Part shown: positions 43,897 to 48,787 of the stretch, piece after piece
How the letters are laid out: every line of letters begins with the position of its first letter
How positions within the stretch are numbered: the stretch's first letter is position 1
NCBI GenBank assembly: GCA_037133215.1
Contig: JBAXOM010000001.1
Span: 1-48,787 of the forward strand
Direction: 5' to 3'
DNA: 48,787 nucleotides
DNA from: Thermoleophilia bacterium
GTDB lineage: Bacteria > Actinomycetota > Thermoleophilia > Gaiellales > F1-60-MAGs149
Notes under the pieces: model-generated
What the model was told of the DNA's origin: nothing
Databases searched by the model: none
Seen by the model: only the letters and a program-made list of their open reading frames with translations
Translations under genes and position numbers: made by a program

Positions 43897-43961
43897 CGCG
43901 GCGCTCCTTCTGCTGCTTGCGTAGCGGAACGCTACCAGCGACAAGGACGTATCCTGCCGGT

Positions 43962-44225
43962 ATGTCCGACTCGCGGCCGCCGAAGTTGATCCAGCGCTGG
44001 GAGAACCTCGAGATGGGGCTGCAGTTTCTGATCGCATTCATCGTGCTGATCCCGGTCATCTCGGTGCTCCATTGGACAGCGCTCAACCAGCCGCTTGCTC
44101 GTGGTGCCGTCTATGGTGTGTTCTGGGCGCTGCCCGCTGCCTTCTTGATTTCTATCGCTTCGCAAAACGAGCGACGTAAGCGCCGCGAGGCACTCGCTGC
44201 CAAAGACGAGTCGGGCGACTCGTGA
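43962..44225 (+). CDS. Small membrane protein (87 aa, two hydrophobic segments), unknown function
   Basis: ATG 43962. [17 protein letters not shown] and [17 protein letters not shown], with a basic C-terminal tail. It lies upstream of the MFS gene. Confidence 0.45.
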   Translation: MSDSRPPKLIQRWENLEMGLQFLIAFIVLIPVISVLHWTALNQPLARGAVYGVFWALPAAFLISIASQNERRKRREALAAKDESGDS

Positions 44226-44262
44226 TTCCCTCCACAGCCCTGATCGTCCGAAGGAGTTCCAC

Positions 44263-45849
44263 ATGAGCGAAACAGCGCCATCGGGCCAGCCCGTCCAGAC
44301 CGATCGTCGCATGTGGCTGACGCTGTTTGCGATGTGTTTCGCGCTGTTCATGATCATGCTCGACAACACGGTCGTCAACGTGGCGCTGCCGACGATCCAG
44401 AGCGATCTCAACCCGACGCAGAGCCAATTGCAGTGGATCATCAACGCCTACATCCTGGTCTTCGCCGCGCTGATCCTGCTCGGCGGCAAGCTTGGCGACC
44501 GCTTCGGCCGCAAGAAGCTCTTTATCGTTGGTGTGATTGGCTTTACGGTCTGGTCGGCGGCGTGTGCACTCGCCACGACGACGGATCAGCTGATTGTGTT
44601 CCGCGCACTGCAGGGCACGGGCGCCGCGATCATGAACCCGCTCTCGCTGTCGATCCTCGTCGCAACGTTCCCGCGGCCGAAATTGCCTCAGGCGATCGGT
44701 ATCTGGGCAGGTATCTCCGGACTCGGGCTGGCGCTCGGACCTTTGGTTGGCGGGTTCCTAACTGAGCACGTCGGCTGGAGTGCGGTCTTCTGGATCAACG
44801 TGCCGATCGGCATCATCGCGCTCGTCGCCGTGGTGTTCGCCGTGCGCGAGTCGCGCGATGAGACCGTCAAGAGCCTTGATGTGGTCGGTACCGTACTGGT
44901 CACTGGGGGGCTGTTTGGGCTGACGTACGCACTGATTGGGACGAGTGATAACGCCTGGATCTCGGTGCGCACGCTGGGCCTCCTTGGCCTCTCGATTGCC
45001 TTGTTAGTGGCCTTCGTCTGGTGGGAATCTCGCCACAAGGAGCCGATGGTGCCTCTCGGGTTCTTCAAGAGTCGCGTTTTCTCGACGTCGATCATCGTCG
45101 CTGTGCTCGTGGGTTTTGGGCTTTACGGATCACTGTTCGTGGTCACCCTCTACATGCAAAACATTCGCGGCTACAGCGCGATCGACGCCGGCATCCGCAC
45201 GTTGCCGTTGACGATGGCGGTGATGTTTGTTGCGCCGCTGGCGGGCAAACTCAACGCCCGGCTTGGCTCAGCACGCCTGATGGGGAGTGGTATGGCGATG
45301 GCGTGTGTCGCGATGTTGGGGCTGAGTATGCTCGAGTTCGATAGCCCGTATTCGCACATCTGGCCGTTCTACTTGCTGCTCGGTGCGGGCATTGCTCTGA
45401 CAATGCCAGCGATGAGCGCTGCCGCGATGGGTGCGATCGACCCCCGCAAGGCCGGTGTTGGTTCGGGCGTGCTGAACGCGGCTCGACAGGTTGGTGGCGC
45501 GCTCGGTATTGCCGTGCTCGGTTCGGTGGCGGCAACCATTACCACCAACGCCTGGCAGCAGAAGACGCAGGGCATGGGGGGCGTGATTGTGGCGAAGGCC
45601 GATCTCCTGACGCAGCTCGTCGAGGGTGCGCAGGCTCAGGCGGTCAATGCGCTGGCTGGTCCGAAGGCGATGCAGCTGGCGATGGAGTCGTGGATGGAGG
45701 GCTTCCATGCCTCGGTGCTCGCGGGCGCGTTCCTGATGGCAACGGCCGTCGTGGTCGTCATCGTCGGTTTCCGTGGTGTTGCCAAGCCACAGGCCGTCCC
45801 GGTGATGGACTCGTCCGACACGCCACCGCCGGTGGCTGTCGAACTCTAA
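44263..45849 (+). CDS. MFS transporter, DHA2 (EmrB/QacA, 14-TMS) family
   Basis: MLDNTVVNVALPTIQSDL, GKLGDRFGRKKLF, and 528 aa with about 14 hydrophobic segments. GAAGGAG RBS upstream. Confidence 0.9.
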   Translation: MSETAPSGQPVQTDRRMWLTLFAMCFALFMIMLDNTVVNVALPTIQSDLNPTQSQLQWIINAYILVFAALILLGGKLGDRFGRKKLFIVGVIGFTVWSAACALATTTDQLIVFRALQGTGAAIMNPLSLSILVATFPRPKLPQAIGIWAGISGLGLALGPLVGGFLTEHVGWSAVFWINVPIGIIALVAVVFAVRESRDETVKSLDVVGTVLVTGGLFGLTYALIGTSDNAWISVRTLGLLGLSIALLVAFVWWESRHKEPMVPLGFFKSRVFSTSIIVAVLVGFGLYGSLFVVTLYMQNIRGYSAIDAGIRTLPLTMAVMFVAPLAGKLNARLGSARLMGSGMAMACVAMLGLSMLEFDSPYSHIWPFYLLLGAGIALTMPAMSAAAMGAIDPRKAGVGSGVLNAARQVGGALGIAVLGSVAATITTNAWQQKTQGMGGVIVAKADLLTQLVEGAQAQAVNALAGPKAMQLAMESWMEGFHASVLAGAFLMATAVVVVIVGFRGVAKPQAVPVMDSSDTPPPVAVEL

Positions 45850-46595
45850 AACGTCGTTGTCGCGAGGCGACGGCGATACTCGAGTACGAGTGGGTCGTCG
45901 ATTGGTCGCTCCGCAAAGACACCGATAAAGATGCGCCGGATGGTGTCGAGCCGCTCTGCGTCGGCCGTGTCGATCATGGCGACCATGCCATCGAGCGAGC
46001 TCTCGAGGTCCGTCGTAAATGTCTCGAGGCAGGCGGCGAGTTCGGGGTCGGTGGCGGGGTTGGAAAGCACGCGCGAGCGCTCGAAGACGCCACCGCCGAT
46101 TGGGTGGTGCGCGACAGTGAGGAGCCAGAGGTGAGCCTCGAGTGGGTCGCCTCTATCGAGCATGAGGCGGCCGAGTGCAATCGTCAGCGATGGCTCGAAT
46201 GGATCGGCTTCGAGGGCGGCGCGTATCAGCTGTTCGTCGTTTGACGCCAGTGCCTGTTCGGCTTGGTTGAGGGGCACAGTGGCAAGGAATGCATCGATCG
46301 CTTCACGCGGCTCGGCGCCGGTAATTTCGGCTCGCAGAATGCCGTTAAGGACACCCTTGGTGCTCGGTGCAATCTGGATCCCAAATACGGCAGTGGCCTG
46401 CGGGTTCTGCTCGGCATCGATCGAGACCAGCGTGCACTCAAGGCCGCGGTCGGCGATCGCCTCTGCGAGATCGGTCACGTACGTCGCGCTTGGGTCGTGC
46501 TCGCCCGCATGCAACACCACCACGATGGGTCGTTCGAACGAGGCGTCGAAGACGTCACGCTGAAAGGTCTCGTCGGTTACGGTCTGCGCGATCAC
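45846..46595 (-). CDS. Thioredoxin-fold / TPR-like (YbbN/CnoX-type) protein lacking the CxxC active site
   Basis: Paralogous over its full length to the next gene; the C-termini IGVFAERPIDDPLVLEYRRRLA and IGIFAERAVDDPIVLTYRKRLA match. The active-site region reads VVLHAGEHDPSATYV instead of DFWADWCGPCKQL. Confidence 0.75.
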   Translation of the reverse strand: MIAQTVTDETFQRDVFDASFERPIVVVLHAGEHDPSATYVTDLAEAIADRGLECTLVSIDAEQNPQATAVFGIQIAPSTKGVLNGILRAEITGAEPREAIDAFLATVPLNQAEQALASNDEQLIRAALEADPFEPSLTIALGRLMLDRGDPLEAHLWLLTVAHHPIGGGVFERSRVLSNPATDPELAACLETFTTDLESSLDGMVAMIDTADAERLDTIRRIFIGVFAERPIDDPLVLEYRRRLATTTF

Positions 46596-46621
46596 GTCGG
46601 GATGCTAACGGGCGGGGGGCG

Positions 46622-47380
46622 TTAGTACAACGCCGAAGCAAGCCGCTTGCGATACGTGAGGACGATCGGATCGTCAACGGCGCGCTCGGCAAAGATGCCG
46701 ATCATCACCCGACGAACACGGTCTTTGCGTGCATCGTCCGCTCCTGGCACGACGTCGAGCATCGCCTGCAGCGAGCCCTCGGGATCGCCAGCGAGCGACT
46801 CGAGCGCGCGGGCGAGCTCGGGATCGAGGTCGGGTGTCAGCACGATCTCGGCGCAGGCCAGCAAGCCGTCCACCTGAGGAGCGTGACGGGCTGGTTCGAG
46901 AACGGTGATCGCTTCGGCGGTGTCGCCGCGGGCGAGCAACATGCGAGCGAGAGCCATGGCGGCGTCGACGTTCTGATCATCCTGCGCGAGCATGGCGCGG
47001 AGCGATTCCTCACTCGTCATCTCGACAGCGACCTCAGCCTCAGCTTCGGGCTCGGTTACTACGAGGGTATCGAGGAAGGCCTCAACCTGCGAGGGCTGCA
47101 AGAGGCCGACGAACTCGTTGACAACCTGCCCGTTGCGGAAAGCCTTGACGGCGGGGATGCTCTGGATTTTGAAGCTCGCTGCGAGTTGCGCGTTGGCTTC
47201 GGTATCGACCTTGACGAGCTTGATCGCCCCGCCACGCGAGGCGACGGCGGCCTCGATGATCGGCGCGAGTTGCTTGCAGGGCCCGCACCAATCAGCCCAG
47301 AAATCGACGACGACAGGAACGTTGTGGGAGGCCTCGATGACTTCGCGTTGGAAGTCGGCCTCGGTGACATCAACAGCCAT
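46622..47380 (-). CDS. Thioredoxin-domain (CGPC) protein with C-terminal TPR-like domain (YbbN/CnoX family)
   Basis: VVVDFWADWCGPCKQLAP, IQSIPAVKAF. ATG 47380 is preceded by TACGAT plus 6 nt. The track start at 47500 adds 40 implausible residues. Confidence 0.85.
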   Translation of the reverse strand: MAVDVTEADFQREVIEASHNVPVVVDFWADWCGPCKQLAPIIEAAVASRGGAIKLVKVDTEANAQLAASFKIQSIPAVKAFRNGQVVNEFVGLLQPSQVEAFLDTLVVTEPEAEAEVAVEMTSEESLRAMLAQDDQNVDAAMALARMLLARGDTAEAITVLEPARHAPQVDGLLACAEIVLTPDLDPELARALESLAGDPEGSLQAMLDVVPGADDARKDRVRRVMIGIFAERAVDDPIVLTYRKRLASALY

Positions 47381-47386
47381 GCCCCC

Positions 47387-47392
47387 ATCGTA
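47387..47392 (-). promoter_or_regulatory. -10-like hexamer TACGAT, 6 nt upstream of the trx-TPR ATG (leaderless configuration)
   Basis: The reverse complement of atcgta at 47387-47392 is TACGAT. The spacer gggggc follows, then ATG at 47380. Confidence 0.35.
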
Positions 47393-47465
47393 GGCGAGAC
47401 GCGGCTTTCCCTGTCCGCTTTGGTATCGCAGTGGTTGCGTGATTCGCGAAAGGCGTCCGATCCCG

Positions 47466-47471
47466 TACCCT
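47466..47471 (+). promoter_or_regulatory. -10-like hexamer TACCCT, 6 nt upstream of the MFS GTG (leaderless configuration)
   Basis: TACCCT-gaccga-GTG(47478). Confidence 0.35.
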
Positions 47472-47477
47472 GACCGA

Positions 47478-48671
47478 GTGGTCAGTACCCGTGCAGCCAT
47501 TCGACGCCTGAGCGTTGCGCGTGCGATCTCGGTGACGGGGTCGCAGGTCGCGCTGATCGCGCTGACGTTCCAGATCTACGAGATTACGAACTCGGCTGTC
47601 TGGGTTTCGGCGGTCTTTCTTGCCACGTTTGCAGCGATGGGAATCCTGACGCCGATCGGTGGTTGGCTCGGCGATTCGTTCGATCGGCGCAAGGTGATGA
47701 TCATCTCCGACCTCGGCGCGGCTGTCGTCTTTGCGGCGTTGGTCTTTGCCGATCAGCCGTGGATGCTGATTGCCTTGGCGCTGCTCGCGACCGTGGCCGA
47801 GACGCCATTCTTGCCAGCTTCGCAGGCCGCGATTCCAAACTTGGCGGCGGATGAGGATCTCGCCTGGGCGAACGGTCTCGTCTCTCAGGCCTTCGCCCTC
47901 GGGATCACGATTGGGCCGCTGGTCGGTGGTGTGCTGGTCGGCGGTGTCGGTGCTGGTACTGCGTTTGGCATCAATGCATTCTCATTCCTAGTGTCTGCTG
48001 CGCTCGTGTGGAGCGTCAAGGGCCGCTTCCAAGAAAAGCGTGCAGTGGCCGGGGAACGGCCGCCCAAGGTGCGCTTTACCGAGGGTCTTCGGATTGTCTG
48101 GCAGATTCGCCTGCTGCGGCTGGTCGTGTTGGCCGAGGTGGTCGCCTACAGCGTCGTTGGTTGGGCGATGGTGTCGGATGCGCCATTGGCCAAGCTCTTC
48201 GATGTTGGTGCGATTGGCTTTGCGGCGCTGATCTCTTGTTGGGGAGTGGGCATGCTGATCGGCTCGTGGGGAATTGGTCGGTGGCTTGGCGAGCGGCGGA
48301 TCGAGTCGAAGATCATGCTGATCGGCATGCTGATCGATGGCATCTCGATCGCCTTCATGGGTCTTAGCCCGTGGTTTGTGCCAATCCTGATCGTCAGTGT
48401 GATTGGTGGTGCCGCCTCGGGCTGTGTCAATGTCTCGCGCCAGACGCTGCTTCAGCGCGCTGTGCCCGATCATTTGCGGTCGCGTGTGTTTGCGGTGGCA
48501 GAGGTGACGGCAACCATTTCGTTCACGCTTGGTTTGGCGATCGCGGGCCCCGTGATCGTCCTGATTGGTGTGCGCCCGTCCTACATTCTCTCGGGCGTCG
48601 TCTTCGCCTTGGGCGCCTTGATGCTGATCCCCGTCGTGCGCCGCCCGGTCATCCAGTCACCGTCGCCATGA
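47478..48671 (+). CDS. MFS transporter (12-TMS, EntS/MFS_3-like)
   Basis: GWLGDSFDRRKVMIISD plus about 12 hydrophobic segments. Start GTG 47478 is preferred over the track start 47439 because of the upstream TACCCT-N6 context. Confidence 0.85.
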   Translation: MVSTRAAIRRLSVARAISVTGSQVALIALTFQIYEITNSAVWVSAVFLATFAAMGILTPIGGWLGDSFDRRKVMIISDLGAAVVFAALVFADQPWMLIALALLATVAETPFLPASQAAIPNLAADEDLAWANGLVSQAFALGITIGPLVGGVLVGGVGAGTAFGINAFSFLVSAALVWSVKGRFQEKRAVAGERPPKVRFTEGLRIVWQIRLLRLVVLAEVVAYSVVGWAMVSDAPLAKLFDVGAIGFAALISCWGVGMLIGSWGIGRWLGERRIESKIMLIGMLIDGISIAFMGLSPWFVPILIVSVIGGAASGCVNVSRQTLLQRAVPDHLRSRVFAVAEVTATISFTLGLAIAGPVIVLIGVRPSYILSGVVFALGALMLIPVVRRPVIQSPSP

Positions 48672-48765
48672 ATGTCCAGAAGGGGTCAGGCACGATCTGG
48701 ACATTTGGCAGACGAGCTAGCTCGTCATCAAATGTCCAGATCGTGCCTGACCCCTTCTGGACATT
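48671..48765. repeat. 95-bp nested-palindrome element (copy 2 of the family seen at 4021-4115)
   Basis: Arms AATGTCCAGAAGGGGTCAGGCACGATCTGGACATTTG (48671-48707) and CAAATGTCCAGATCGTGCCTGACCCCTTCTGGACATT (48729-48765). The centre contains the perfect 16-bp palindrome GACGAGCTAGCTCGTC. The element starts on the last base of the MFS stop codon. Confidence 0.85.
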
Positions 48766-48787
48766 CACGTTGGATAGCGGCCGGCAC

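Noticed and set aside
43921-43935. GTAGCG-GAA-CGCTAC hairpin in the leuC / small-membrane-protein divergent region, as a leucine attenuator
   Set aside because: It is only a 6-bp stem, with no leader peptide carrying Leu codons and no alternative pairing, so it is too weak to call.
42295-43989. 564-aa plus-strand ORF
   Set aside because: It is entirely antisense to leuC/leuD, whose products carry unambiguous aconitase-family motifs. The translation is Arg/Ala/Gly/Val-rich and low in complexity, typical of a high-GC shadow ORF.

Overview
High-GC, Actinobacteria-like chromosomal core region, densely packed with about 50 mostly housekeeping CDS. Futalosine-pathway menaquinone genes and a Bacillus-type split qcrABC suggest a deep-branching lineage. 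Left to right: a truncated GT20 (OtsA-like) gene; an OmpR-type two-component system; an M28-like polytopic membrane protein; fumC; moeA; a membrane pseudokinase; hemB. Next comes a large menaquinone block: a UbiD-like decarboxylase, msrB, qcrABC, then ubiX-menG-polyprenyl synthase-mqnE-mqnA-mqnC. After that: rnd; a cell-surface sugar cluster (DegT aminotransferase, DUF354, CapD/PglF-like dehydratase, an embedded LysR regulator, a GT4-GT2 fusion and a convergent GT4); proBA; a class-III aminotransferase; an orphan solute-binding lipoprotein; hutH and hutD; NAPRTase; methylmalonyl-CoA epimerase; a PAP2 phosphatase; ychF; a SnoaL-like protein plus flavin monooxygenase pair; leuCD; two MFS transporters; and a tandem pair of thioredoxin-TPR paralogs. 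I saw no rRNA, tRNA, CRISPR array, transposase, integrase or phage genes, and no convincing novel multi-gene system such as a defence island. The most unusual content is non-coding. First, there is a dispersed family of nested-palindrome elements at gene ends (4021-4115, 48671-48765, and a related one at 31792-31883); its two closest copies differ by base-pair-preserving double substitutions. Second, a 213-bp module of GGGCCCGGGCCC-centred palindromes sits exactly between the stop codons of two convergent glycosyltransferase genes (28155-28367). Other points of interest: catalytically degenerate domain proteins (a pseudokinase, an M28 pseudo-peptidase, a DDxxD-less prenyl-synthase-like protein, and a Trx-TPR paralog without CxxC); a menaquinol:cytochrome c reductase embedded in the menaquinone biosynthesis block; and recurrent TANNNT hexamers 6-7 nt upstream of start codons, which suggest leaderless mRNAs. 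The ORF track writes GTG/TTG starts as M, and many long ORFs in it are antisense or out-of-frame shadows typical of high-GC DNA. Several starts were re-assigned by hand. All family assignments come from motif recognition by eye, not database searches.
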